From NCBI GenBank assembly GCA_965645245.1, contig OZ287081.1, positions 1,178,001 to 1,242,000 of the forward strand: DNA of 64,000 nt. Direction: 5' to 3'. Position numbers and translations under genes: made by a program. This document shows positions 48,656-61,533 of the stretch, one piece after another (position 1 is the first letter of the stretch; each line of letters begins with the position of its first letter). Origin of the DNA: Massalongia carnosa (lineage: Eukaryota). The notes beneath the pieces were generated by a model that made no database searches, had not been told where the DNA came from, and saw only the letters and a list, made by a program, of their open reading frames with translations.

Positions 48656-49481
48656 TCAGCTACTGTCTTCCGTATCATCCTCCTCGTCCTCCTCATCCTC
48701 CTCCTCATCCTCCTCGTCCTCCTCGTCCTCCTGGTCCTCCTGATTGTCCTCCTCCTCTTCCTCCTCCTCGTCCTCGTCCAGGTCCTCCTCCTTCTCCTCT
48801 CCCTCCTCCTCGTCATTCAAAGCCTTTTGTGTAGTCCTAGTAGTTAGCGGACGTACATTGAAGCTTGGCCGGAAATTCTTTGGCAAAGATTGACTGGAGG
48901 AACGTGATTCTGATGGAGGAGGAGGAACAATTATAGGTTCAGAATCGTGCTCGGATGATTGCTGCTTCAATTGTCTAGCAAATTTGCTGACATCGCGAGC
49001 CAAACGTATGCCGATGCCAGGTTCGGTTCCCATTTTCTCCCATTTTTCCTCATAAACAGTACCTTTCCACTGCTGAATGGTTTGGTTTGTAAATCAGAGT
49101 AAACAAAACAGGCTCGGGCTCAGGCTCAGGCTCAGGCTCAGGTTTAGGAGCACTAGATAGCTCAGAAAGACAAGGAGAAGGCGTACTACTGCGAGTCGGA
49201 CGAACATTCCTTGGCTCGGGGAGGAGGAGACGATGAGGAGGTAAAGGCGAAGCCGAAGGAGAAGCTGGAGGAGATGGTAAAGGTGGACGTGGTGGAAGAT
49301 CAGGAATACGGGTTTTTAAAATTGGTGATGATGATCTAGGAGGATTGATTCTAAGCCTTTGTTTAAATGAAGGTGCTGAGTTCCTAGGTAATTCAGTAGT
49401 AGATGCCCGTTTTCATGATTGTTTGGAGGGCTGTTTGGGGGGCTGTTTTGAAGGCTGTTTAGGAGGCTGTTTTCGAGGCAT
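48656..49481 (-). pseudogene. Accessory ORF of the transposon: KQPP repeats, Pro-rich/PE repeat region, helical motif, acidic tail
   Basis: MPRKQPPKQPSKQPPKQPSKQS*KR...PEPEPEPEPEPVLFTLIY, a frame jump at CAAACCAAACC, then QWKGTVYEEKWEKMGTEPGIGIRLARDVSKF and a ~40-residue D/E tail. Confidence 0.7.
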
Positions 49482-50820
49482 GATGACTGGAATAACTACG
49501 TTGAAAGTTCATACAAACGACAATCAAAAGGATATCATTAACCATATTATCCTATAGACTGCAAAGGGCAGTGTGAAGGGGAGGAGGGCTATTAGCTACT
49601 GCACCAAATTCTGGTGTGTGGTCCAATTCTGTCGCTTATTTTTTTTTGCAACCGCGCAGTTTCGGGGTTCAAAGTTCGGCACACCATTTTGCAAACGGGT
49701 GTAACCGCCACACAGGTTCGGCACTACCAAGTTTCAATAAGTTTCTCTTCCTGAAATCGCTTCTTTGCTTTCGAAACCATGGACGCAAAACGTACCGGCT
49801 TGGGCTCTTCTTTGAAAAACCGGTCATAAACTTGGTTCATGGCGGCGAACTTGGTTATGTCGTCAAGGAAGACGCTGACTTTGACGACGTTTCTCAAGGA
49901 AGATCCAGCCTCTTCTAAAACAGCAGACAGATTCCTCAAAGCTTGCGCCTTGCGAGGACGTTAGCATTTGCGTCTTGATAGGGTTATAGATCGTGGGAGT
50001 CCTGAACTGACTGTACGGTCTCCGATACCGCTGTCGACCAAGGTATTGGTGGTTGGATCCATGCCTATGCTCCCTGAGCAATAGACCATGCCGTTGCAAA
50101 CAATGGCTTGAGAGAAGAACGGCAAGGGCGGAGGAGCCTTATCGGTCAAGACTGCGACTCTGGCAGGCATGGCGATGGGCGACAGGAACTGAGAACCGAC
50201 CTAGAGATCAGGGGCGTGGCAGCACGGCTTAGGTATTTCTTGTTTGATTGTGCGTGAGTAGAAAGCAGTCCGCAATGTCTTTTAAACTTACAGCCTTCCT
50301 GAAGCTGTCACCCGAGGCATGTACCTGATCTTCCGTAAACACGGCTGGCTGATGGAGGTTCAGTGCTTCCGCAATGCAATAATGACAGATAATAGGTTGA
50401 TCTGCCCTACACCCAATTATACTCTGTATTCTGTTCTTCATAAGCCTGCACGTTCAAGTATGCTACGGTTTCATTCATTTTCATTGATGAACCTATGAGA
50501 ATTAGTACATGAAGCAGCCATTCTACGTAAATGTCCGCGCAACGCGGTCATGATCTCTAGGCAACCCATCATGGGAAGCGCGCACCCACCACCAGCCACA
50601 CAACCAACATGACGCAAAGCCTGCTGCGTCACAAGTGATTCCCAAAAGCTTTTCACATAATGACCCCTAAAAGTTTGAGCGAGTCTTGCAAAGGAAGCTA
50701 GGCGTTAGATAGAGCACGTCGCACGGATAAGGTGTTGGTTGGGGACTTGACGAGCGGTGCATGGTGGGCGGGCTCGGGTGATGGTCCAAAAGCCTTCGCC
50801 AGCACAGCCAGATCAACCCA

Positions 50821-52690
50821 TTACCATTCAAACTCACCTTGCGCCTTGTGAAAGACATACCTACAAACATACACATCAGTCTGGGAAGGTAGGCGTACGA
50901 GTGAGGACAACTCACTCTCGCCCTCCTGTAGTCAGAACACCATCCTTTAAGGTGCATTTCCACTTGTTCTTGACGCGCTGGACCTTGTCATAAGTGCACA
51001 ACATAATCTGTCCCTGCTGAGCATCTTCATCCCCCTCGTCTACTACGTTGTCATCAGGATCGTCCAGACCCGAGTTAATCGCGTCTTCGTCTTCCAGATC
51101 CGGATCATATTTGACGTTGTCGTTGTCAAAATCATCTAGACCATCAAACTGCGCAATCTTTGTTGCAGCTGGAAGCGGAGAAGATTTGATGTCTGCTACT
51201 TCTCGGACGACTTTGCGCTTTGTTTGCGACGGTTTTGGTAGCTCGGAGAACGGCACCATGAGGCCTCCACCTTCGAGAGCGCGGCTCATCTTGATAACCT
51301 GTTCTCTGATAGTCGCATCCGCATCGTTGTTGGCTGAAGGGTTCCGGAAAGCTTCAGCGCGTCGCTGTGTTACCATGGCGTTCCAGTCATCCGCACCATC
51401 GGTCTGACTGTTGTTGATACTTGGCCGCTGAGCCTGTGGGAGGGGTTGATATTGGCGGTTTTGCATTTGCCGCTTTTGCTCATTCACAACATCCCTTCTC
51501 GGCTGCTCCGTCATCTTTGGAGGCAGTTGTATGTTCTGTAGGTTTTGCGGCTGCTGCGGACCCGGTCCCGCTATGGCAGTCTGCGCCTGGAGCTGATTGA
51601 TTTGCTGGTTGGCGTTGGAGCCAAACTTCTGTAGAAGGTTTTGTGCAGCACGGTGCTGAGCAACAGAGCTACCAAAATGAGGTATACCATTGATCTGGCT
51701 AGCTGGTTGAGAATCATACGGCGAGCCGGGCTCTGCCTTGATGCGAACACTACCTGTTCCATTACTGGGGACTGGCAACGCAAGCGGCGGAGGACCACTT
51801 GACGGGAGCTGTGCCTGCCGAGGAACATTAGAAGGCACCGGAGTAGGGTTTATCATCGGTTGAGGCGTTGGTGGTGGCTCCCATGGGAAGGATGCAACAT
51901 GGAGGGCGGTTAGTTTTGTCTGCCATGTCTGCTTGCAGAATCAGCAAAAGCCCTTGCCTTGAAGAGAACCAAAGTAGAACGAAGAAGCTTGAACTTTTGG
52001 AGGTGGGCAGAAAAAGGAAAGTCGAGAGGCGATTGGGTCGGTTACGAAGACCGGGGTTGGGTGGAGAACGAACGGGAAGGAGGTTTATCCGAAGACAGAG
52101 TCAAAGTGGATTAGGGGCGATGTTAGGGGGTTGCCCGGGTATAAGAAACGAGTCAAAGGGTTGGGGTGCCCCGCCTCAAGCGAATCCCCGAATTTCATGA
52201 TTCCCCCCCGCAATAATCGTCCACCTTTTTGGATTTTTGAAGAAAATAAAAGAAAGGTCGATGAAGAAAAAAACAATAATAACAACAATAACAAAAAAAA
52301 TACGCCCTGTCACCAACAGACCGGAATTCACTCCCACTTCAAAACAGTTATCCATCAATTCGCATGCACTGATGTTGACATTGAAAAGAAGACTGATACT
52401 TATACTGGCTTGTCCGATGGACAACTCGGAAATATTAAGCTTTGCTTCCAGAAGGATCTTGGGGCGCATCAACGACAGCGAAAAACACCCACCTTTCGCA
52501 GATCATCCAGCGTATGATGGTTAACACCATCTTCCTCGAAAGTAACTTGGCAGCTCTCAATCACATCGTCCATGATGCGCTGATATACGGCGCCCTATAA
52601 TTGACACTTCTCTTCAGCAACCGAGACCGACGCTGCGACAAGGGAATAGATGTCTGGTAAGGGCAGACTGACTACCTGTTGATTCGACAT
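50821..52690 (-). CDS. TOA1: TFIIA large (alpha/beta) subunit, 4 exons
   Basis: MSNQQV/GAVYQRIMDDVI, WQTKL, DAINSGLDD, MLCTYDKVQRVKNKWKCTLKDG and YVFHKAQGEFEW*. Confidence 0.93.
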
Positions 52691-53110
52691 CGTTGCGGCG
52701 GTGGACAGCTGATCTGCTGAGAGAAAGAAAATAAATACAATGATGAACCTATGTAATATGGCCTGCGGATGTGAAGGCACGGACAATCAGAGGTGCGTTG
52801 TGAAGAACGGCTGAAAGTGAAGAGAGTGAAGAGAGCCTTGGAGCACCGTAGCCGTTACGGCGACACCCTGTCGGGAATGAGACTAGGACATATGCTTCGT
52901 GGGTATAATCATGTTTCCACAGGTTCTGTATCGCAAATGGTCTTGATACGGAAATGTGGGTATTGACCTTGTGGTGGATGTGGTTGATCTCTACCGTGGG
53001 TGTTGCAGATGGGAAGTTTGAAGAGTTGGAAAAATTGCTGATATTATGATTTCGCTTACTGGGAAGTCCCGCTAACTACCAATTACCTTGAGCCTCAAAT
53101 ACTTAATCTA

Positions 53111-55601
53111 CGGAGGTCTGAGTCAAAAATAATCGGACACGCTAAATTTTAACCCCAGAGCTAGCTGTTTAATACGTGTTAGTTATTTTTAACGTGAAAA
53201 TATAGTCATAGTAGAGAAAATTTTTTATATGCAGAGGATATCATAGATTATTAAACATACAATCACTACAAACATGGCAGGCAAGAAGTATGATCTTTCG
53301 TAACGCGTACAAGCCTTTACATTCCTTGGTATGGGGATGAGAATTGAAGATGTTGGTCGAATCACAGGCTTTTCGCGTAGTGCACTCTATGACTTGAAGA
53401 AAAGGGCTATCGAACGTGGATATGACCCTACAGTAACGCCGTTTTTATATAATGTGCATGTTGAAGATGCAAAAAAAAGTGGGCGACCAGGTATTAGCTT
53501 GGAAAATCAACAAGAAATTATTGCAAAAGTCAGCAAAGATCGACATGGAAGAGAAAAATCAACCCTTGAGATAGCCGCGGAAGTAAAGGTATCTCAAAGT
53601 TCAGTAGCTCGCATACTAACTAAATAAGCATGGATATAAAAAAGTCAAACCAATATGGAAGCCAGATTCACTCCCGCTATGAAGAAATCCCGCCTAGAAT
53701 TCACTATCAAGTACAAAGATTGGACAATGGAGGATTGGAAACGTGTAATTTGGACAGATGAGACTAGTGTAGTATTGGGACATCGTCGAGGAAATAATCG
53801 AATATGGAGGACAGCACAGGAGGGACAAGAACCAGTAACTTCCACTAGACGAGAGAGATATAAAGGATTTACTGAGTTTATGTTCTGGGGTTGTTTTTCT
53901 TATGACTATAAAGGGCCATGTCACTGCTGGAAATCGGAAACTGCAAAGGAGAAAAAAATTGCCGAGAATCATATTAAAGGCCTGAATGATAGACTGGAAC
54001 CTGCCGCATGACAAGAGTGGGAATTAAATCAAGGTACTAGCCGGTTGGGGCTTCGAGGTGTTGGTGGTCCAAAGCCAAAATGGAGATTTAATGAAGCAAC
54101 AGGGGCGTATGTTCGCAAAAAAGGAAGTAAAGGGATTGACTGGTAGCGATATCGAACAGTCATTTTGGAGCCTTTACTTATTCCTTTTGCAAAGAGATGT
54201 AACCTGAACCAGCTCTTAATGAGTAAACTCCCCATGCTAGTTCAAGAAGACAAAGCCCCCGCGCATGCATCTAAATTTCAAGATGAATTATTTCGGTTAC
54301 ACGATATCATGCGACTTTTATGGCCGGGAAATTCTCCGGACATGAATTTGACTGAGCCGTGTTGGCCATGGATGAAACGGACAACAACTAAAAAAGGTGC
54401 TCCTCGAACTCGAAGAGATGCAGAGGAACGTTGGAAAAAAGCTTGGGATGACCTACCGCAGGAGAAAATTCAGGCTTGGATTGAGCGCATCCCCCGTCAT
54501 TTACGGATTATCCGGTTCTTAAAAGGTGATAATAAATACAAGGAAGGGAGGGTAGATGGTCGAACAGATACAAAAGAAGGGAAGAAACGTCTTGCGGATC
54601 TGATAGCTGAGATGGAAAAGGTCGAAGCGTTCGAAAAAATGAACAGTCAAGCAACATACCTGACCGCTCCCCGTCGCCATTAACACTTTCCAATGATTTG
54701 TCAAGTTCGAGCGATTCAGATATCCCTTGTCCTTCTCTTGAAATGCTTAGATCAATCCGTTATTCTCGACTGTCAAACCCACTCGAAAACCTATCCCGTA
54801 GTATTACACCAGATCTAACTATTCCTGGGACGCTCGATTATTATCTTGCTTCGGTTCCTGCTACACCTCAAAGAATGATTCCTGAGCCAAATGGTCTAAC
54901 GGACTCGACTCCATATGCTCCGCCTCTCTCATCTGCCAACAACATTATTAATAATAGCGATGCGGATATTTTCTCATTTGAGCATCTACCATCTTCGAAT
55001 CAAGCCAAAAGAAAAGAACCTATTCGACCAAAGGAATCGGTGGCGAATGGTATTATTGAAGTGCCAGAAGTGTCTCAATCAGTATCGCCTATTAAGAAAA
55101 GAATTCGACGTGCAAAAAGAACATCAGTTTTGCATACCACAGCTGCAAGTTCACGTCCGCGAAGAGATAAATCTTTGCCAACGAAACTTGCAAGTAAAGA
55201 ATGATGAGTTGCGCTGTTATTTCTTCCAATTTGACCTCCACCACCCGATGCGGCCTTTCCACCACCCGAAACAGGGCCTTCTATATAAAACTCCTTTTCA
55301 TCATGATTTCATATATAACCTATTACTTTTCGTAATCTTTTCTGACTATTGTATGTATAATAACGTACCTCTTATCAGTTTTATGATAGATATTATCTGT
55401 ACACAAGTTCTTCTGAATCCTCGTGATTATCTAATAAGGCAAGATTTAAATAGTACGAATAGACATCATGAGGATACCATTTAGAAGTAGGATTTACTAT
55501 ATGTAATATATTCTCACGCTAAAAATGACTAACACGTATTAAAACAGCTAGCTCTAGTGCTAAACTTTAGCGTGTCCGATTACTTTTGACTCAGACCTCC
55601 G
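53111..55601 (+). mobile_element. Tc1-like transposon with ~100-bp imperfect TIRs
   Basis: TA at 53109-53110 and 55602-55603. TIR CGGAGGTCTGAGTCAAAARTAATCGGACACGCTAAA... at both ends. Confidence 0.93.
53274..55204 (+). pseudogene. Tc1 DD34E transposase (several stops) with a probable S/P-rich C-terminal extension
   Basis: KSGRP, WTDETSV, FMFWGCF, QEDKAPAH and SPDMNLTE (34 spacing). One extra C at ~54670 would join it to ORF 54698-55204. Confidence 0.85.
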
Positions 55602-55890
55602 TATTCCTCTCCTTTTACCTTGATCAATCATCCCCTGAATCCCATTGCTCTCATTGCACACCTTGGTGTTTCACTGCGTCCTTTTCTCGAAAGTAGACTA
55701 CAAGTTCGGCATCAAAGCACTGTCTCGGGTGAAGCCGTCAAGGTGAATCATACTGGTCTTTTATTCTTGGAAAACTCCCGAACTCCAGCTCAAAGAGTCG
55801 CTAAAACGCACACCGCTACAAAATGCCCATCAAGACGCAAAACGACATGCAGAAAGCCTGGACCATTGGTCAGAGGAGAATATTTAACCC

Positions 55891-57803
55891 TCATCGTATC
55901 GTCATCTGTTTGATCATGTTGCCCCCTTTCCCGGTCACACCTCCTTCCCGAGACGTGGCTGACGCAGATCCTGGCTTCTTTTCAAAGAGCTTCCAAAATT
56001 TGAGACTCTCATCGGCAGCTAAAACAAACCACTCATTAGTCTTTGGGCATCTGAGAACAGAATAGTTGGAACCTTACCTGCTGTTGCTAGCATCTGGCCG
56101 TCTGGACTAAGACAGCTGTGAAGGACTCTTGTCTCGTGTGCTGGTATCTCGATATTGCGCACTAAAGTGGGATAGCTCCATATGCTAAGGGAATTGTCCG
56201 GAAATCCGCTAGAGCTGACTATTTCGCGGTAATGATTGCTCCATCGCAGACTTGTGACCTGCGAACCGGTGTCAATGCTGTTGGTTCGTGCTCCTGTGGT
56301 GGTGTTCCAGAAATGGATATGTCGATCGTATGAACCCCCACCAGTTGCAAGCAGGTTTGGTTGCCATGGGCACCAGCTTAATGCTTTAACGGCAGCCCGA
56401 TGGCTCGTCTTCTGAAATTTTGGCGCACCCAGAGACCGAGCGTCCCAGATCGACACCAAATTGTCATTACCGCCGGTTGCTAACTGAGCCCCGTCTGACC
56501 TCCATTCTAGACCGCAAACCTCTGAAGTGTGGGAGACCAGTTCCGCAACCTTATGCTGGGCAACGCGAACATCGTGATTGTAAACTAGTCCACTTCGAGC
56601 TCCGGTAGATAGGATATGTTTGTTCCACCCCATTACTCCGACGCGAGTGTCATGCCCATGCATGCTACGGAGCTTGCTCCCTTCTTCAACATCCCAGATT
56701 TGAACTTCACCGGAGCCAAGTCCCACGCCAACATATGCGCCATCACCGCTCCACTTGACGCTGCTCACATATGTATCCGGTGCGGTTTCAAGAAGACAGC
56801 TGACGGTGCCAGATTCAGCAGACCAAACATATACATTGCGTTCCAGTCCAATCGCAACCTGGTTTCCCGAGCTCCAATCCAGAAGATTAAGGTAATAGTC
56901 GTCAACAAGGCCGGGCGCATCAAGAACGCGTTCAGGAGCTGTCAATATCCTTCGGCGAAACTGTGCAGACGCTGTGTGAGCAGGTTTTAAGGGCCGGTTA
57001 TACTGGGATCGAAGATCGATCGGCTTAGATGACTCGGGTGGCGCTGGCTTGAAGGCAAGAATCCGAGTATTGAGTGAGACACCACATGCGGTGGCAAGCG
57101 AAGATTCATAAGCTAGCGCATCAGGGGCGGGCTTTGCAAATGAAGATTTTTCCTCATTCTCATCTAACGAGAGTCCTTCGAGAGCTGCAATAGCATCATC
57201 CTCTGAGCTCCGTCCGTTAAGATCAAACGCACTGACAGCATTCGCCAGAATTGTGGAGCCATCAGCGCTGCTGGTCTTTGGTCGTTGAGTCTCTGCATCC
57301 GGCTTTCCAGATCCAGCAATAGCTAAGCCATCGCTTGCGCTACGGTTTGGGATGAAGCGATCTCCTGCATCAATGCGAATAGTAGTCTTGCCCAATCTTG
57401 ACCTCAAGGGTCCCTTCTTCCGGCTACAGTCCTTTGATGGGGTTTGACCAACGCTCGTGCCTGTGCCAGTCAATGTCCAATCTGACAGACCAAGATCGAG
57501 GTGCTTTGGAGAGTGCTTGGCCTTTGCAATGTTCGATTTTGGTGAATCCTTGTAAGTGGTTCGACAGCTTGACTTAGCAAAGTAGGACGATAGATTGCCA
57601 TATGTTGACTGGGATGTGACGCGGGTCTTCTCAGTTGGTTGCTGAGGAGGTGTGAATGGAGAAGACTGGGCTGAGGTATTTGTAACTAGGCTTGTAGTAC
57701 GTGTGCGAGGTGATGGTGTGAGGGGCATGCGGCCGCCAGCGGTCCTGGTGGAGAAGATGCCATGGTGGCTTTTCAAAGGCGTTGACACTGATGCTGTTGC
57801 CAT
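55891..57803 (-). CDS. CDC20: APC/C activator Cdc20/Slp1, 2 exons
   Basis: C-box DRFIPNR, RILAFKP, PERVLDAPGLVDDYYLNLLDW, WD40 repeats, and a last exon ending in the IR tail (MTIR*). Confidence 0.95.
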
Positions 57804-58561
57804 TTTGTGACTGAAAGTATGATCGAATGGACAAGTTAATGTATCGATCAGATGTCGCTATGGTAGAAGACCAAAGAAATGGTCCTCAGGTTAGTTGATA
57901 GTCGATTAAGCAGATAGTTGTTGGTGGATTTTCTGGTATCAAATATGATCCCAAGAATCTCAATTGAATGGATCCTGGAAAGTGTTGTTAGTAGTCGTCG
58001 ATGTTGGATACCAGAGAAAATGCTGTTAATCGAGGTCCCTTGGCAGAGATGCTTTGCACAATCGGGGGGTCGATCAATTTCAACTCAAGAAGTATCAAGA
58101 GTAGGATGGTCTAATGGATTGATGAAGCTTTTCGTGCACAAGGTGGATGATGCTAAGATGCAAATAAATGCGGAGGGTATAGAGATGGGAGAAACGTGGT
58201 GAGAGAGGAAGGAATTGGAGGAGAAGAGGATGAGAAAGTTGGGGTCAGTTAAACACATCCAGGTTGCGCCGGGCAACTGAGGTACGCTAGGCTTTGCTTG
58301 GGCTTTGGTAAGCGTGGCGTATCGGTCCGTAGTTCAGGGCATCTACAAAGTACAAAGTACTCTCTGCTCCACACAATCCACTTCCACAGTTCTACACATC
58401 CATTTTACGGCGTAAGGACACGACGGAGTCACTTAACTCCTCTAGACACTCTTTCGGGTTCCTCTCCTTGATCCAGCGACCCAAGCTCTGAATGCGCACT
58501 CAATGACCATCAGACTCCCTTGGCCTCCTCGCTTAGAAACCTTGTATTGCACTATGTAAAG

Positions 58562-60944
58562 ATGGATCAGCTACGAAACACCTCTCAACACGCACAAGCA
58601 CATGCACAAGCACAGGCAAGCCCGGGTTCCTGGAACAATAATGGCTTTTCAACTTTCTCTAGAACGCCAGCTTCCGCATCATCTTCAAACAACACCTTTC
58701 TCCTCCCTACCAGCCCGTCTAAGAAATCAAGGATGTCAAGCGAAACCTATAAGCCTAAGATTGCAAGAACTCTGGGACAGAGGCCTGCTTGCTTGGTCAA
58801 TGCCTCAGTGACGTATTGTGGAAACAACCAAATCTATGCATTTGGAGGCTTTGATCAGTATACTGATGAAGGTGTGTTATTCCTTCCGCCGCTCTTTGTT
58901 GCTCCTCCTATTACCATGGGCATTTCCTGACGGCGTTCACCCTTAGTTTATAATCACGTGCTGAGACTGGATCTTGTTTCACTCCAGTGGAATCTAATAG
59001 ACAATTATGGAGATATTCCGGGCGTACGGATGGGTATGTTATCTTATGGTCTCGACGCTTCGATGTTCAGAACTTACATACCGCCCAGGTCACACAGCAT
59101 GTCTTTGGCAGGGATCAAAACTTCTCATCTATGGTGGAGAAAACGAGCATCGGGAGTATCTTTCCGACGTCGTTATATTCGATCTTCAAACTGCCCATTG
59201 GACCCAACCAGACATCCGAGGCCCTATTCCGAAAGGTAGAGCTCGACATGCAGCTGCGGTGTATGATGATAAGCTCTACATTGTTGGTGGATTAGCAGGC
59301 ACTGAGACATACACCTTGGACGAAATCTGTTATTTGGATCTTAAAACTTGGACTTGGTCTCGATCATGGAGCTTTGTCGGTAGATTCGATCACTCTACAT
59401 GGGTGTGGGGAGGGCGAATCTGGGTTTTTGGCGGGCTGGGGCCTGACATGGAAAGGACGGGAGAACTCTGGTGGCTAGATCTTAAGAGCAGCCCTGCATT
59501 TAAGACGGTACCAGCCCTCGGTATCTCAGAATCGAGAACATCGATGGACAGGGCCGCACCAAGCCCACGCTCCCAGTTCGCCCAGTATAATCAACCCCAA
59601 CAGATTGCCACGGGATCAAGCGGGTATACGGCGAACTCCAGCAGTGTTCAAGTTCGAGCTTCATCTCTCGTCCCAAAGCCGGTTGCTCCTGGAGCGATAT
59701 CCTCCGTGAGATTCGTCTCCGGTCCGAGTGTGCCATCGCAAGCGCTAGGAAAGCATTTTCATGTTTACTCGTCCGGTGCTCTACTCGACTTCGTCACACC
59801 CGCAGGTACCATCCGTCCGTCAGAATGCAACCTCTCTACACTTGAGCTGGATACTTTACAATGGCAAAAATTAGCTGAAGGGCCTGAAATCTTTGATCCT
59901 GCCTACCGGTGGCATTACTGTGCCATGAACGAGGACGGCACCAAAGCCTGGCTGCTTGGTTGCGCCAATGAGTCCCAGGATAACGTTACGGGGGCATTTG
60001 AAGAGTACCTGAGCGATGTGTTGCCTCTTGATTTACGGCGATTCGGCTTGTTAGGTAATGACTTGGCACCTGAAACAAGCGTAGAACAAGGGAAATTGCC
60101 TGCCTCGGACACACATGCGGCCTCCAATCTGACTAGTCTTGGCGTCGACCTTGCGTCGATGTTTGAGCGCGCCTTGGAGTCAGGAAGCGGTGGTGATTTT
60201 GTCATCACCGGCGAGAAAGATGACCACTGTGACGATGAATATATTGCCATGGCTTCTTCGTCGATCGCTATCGAAGAACCTCATTTCCTATCAACTTCAG
60301 CCTTAACCTCGGTTCCGATTCATGTGCACAAGTTAATATTACAAGCACGCTGGCCTCATTTCAATCGATTATATGATTCGCAAATGGCTGAGTTTCAAAC
60401 GAAAAGAATGCACATACCAGAGCCCTACTCGGTCGTGCGAGCTTTTCTGTACTATCTCTATACGGACAGCATCGTAAAACATCAAAGGTACTGCGCCGAT
60501 CTAGGTGATGTTGCCGGGCTGCTGGTAATGGCCAACGTCTACGACATGCCACGCCTACGCCTCCTCTGCATCCACCGACTGAGTCGAGAGCTGGACGTTG
60601 AGCATGCGGCCATCGTGTGGGAGCGGGCAGGCACCGCGGGCGAGGAATGGCTCCGGAGACGGGCGGCGAACTACTGTCTCACTCACTGGGGAAGGGTTGT
60701 GCGAACGGAAGGGTTTAGACGCTTGAGTCGTCAAAGCATGATGGAGCTCTGCGAAGTCATCGACGTTGAGGGGAGAGTGGTTGGCGGGGAGGAGCTGGAG
60801 ATGGTAGGAGGCTTGGGTGGGGGGAAATTCGGCGTTGGCGGCTCCGGGCGGGAGATCTCTAAGCCCAGGGGAGCGGCGGCGGCAGATATTAACCCTGGCG
60901 ATGAGACCGAGTTGGACGAGGATGAGGGAATGGAAATCAATTGA
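58562..60944 (+). CDS. ral2: Kelch-repeat + BTB protein (Ral2-like), 3 exons
   Basis: IYAFGGFDQ, GHTACLW, LLIYGG and RARHAA Kelch motifs, plus the BTB segment HVHKLILQARWPHF...FLYYLYTD. Confidence 0.8.
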
Positions 60945-61505
60945 GAGAGGAGAGAGAACGGCGAGTGGATGCTTCACGTGGTTCGTTGGGCTTTTTTTGG
61001 TCTTTTGGGCTTAAGGCTACAGGGCATGGTGGGTGTGGGAGTTGAGGAGCTGGAAACATGGCACCTGCATGGCTATGGCGCGCGTCCATTTGCATGATCT
61101 TCCCCGCGGGGGGGGGGTTGGTTGGAAGGGAAGGACCGTAGACTAACCTATAGAAACATCCCGAACTAAACGCCTGCTTGCTCGCTCGCTCTGCTCTACG
61201 CTGCTTTATTGGGGTAAATTCCAGTTTTTAAATCAAGACCAGCGTCACTCTTCACGAATCGGGCAATCCGGTTCCTTCCATCTTTATCTATCCTCCCTGC
61301 CCGCCCCAACGCTCAACACCCAGCACCCGTGAGTGAGTAGTTTTACCCCTGCCAGCGAGATTTCCATATCCTATCCTCATCCCGTTCCGTTCCATTTCCT
61401 ACGTTTGCAGAGTTGGATCAGAGTACGTGTGGGACTACTAAACCTAACCTCACCTAACCTACTCTGCCCACATAAAATATAATATGTATGAGGCTAGCTA
61501 GATGT

Positions 61506-61533
61506 GTAGGTAGGTAGGTAGGTAGGTAGGTAG
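61506..61533. repeat. (GTAG)7 microsatellite
   Basis: Read directly. Confidence 0.9.

Larger units (their letters stand above)
47086..49701. mobile_element. Two-ORF IS630/Tc1-type transposon with ~150-bp TIRs
   Basis: TA duplication. TIRs at ~47088-47235 and ~49547-49701 (CACCCGTTTGCAAAATGGTGTGCCG...; the left copy has lost its first few bases). Confidence 0.93.
46974..50170 (-). pseudogene. RidA/YjgF (Mmf1/Hmf1-like) imine deaminase gene split by a transposon
   Basis: APPPLPFFSQAI, YCSGSIG, LRNLSAVL, VVKVSVFL and FAAMNQVY. The last exon CRTCVAV|KELPMKTDVEIECTA is split at TA (49702-49703 / 47084-47085). Confidence 0.92.

Noticed and set aside
49075..49186. Intron in the transposon accessory ORF
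   Set aside because: The segment reads as an open PEPEPE-coding frame, and the frame jump is better explained by a microhomology deletion.
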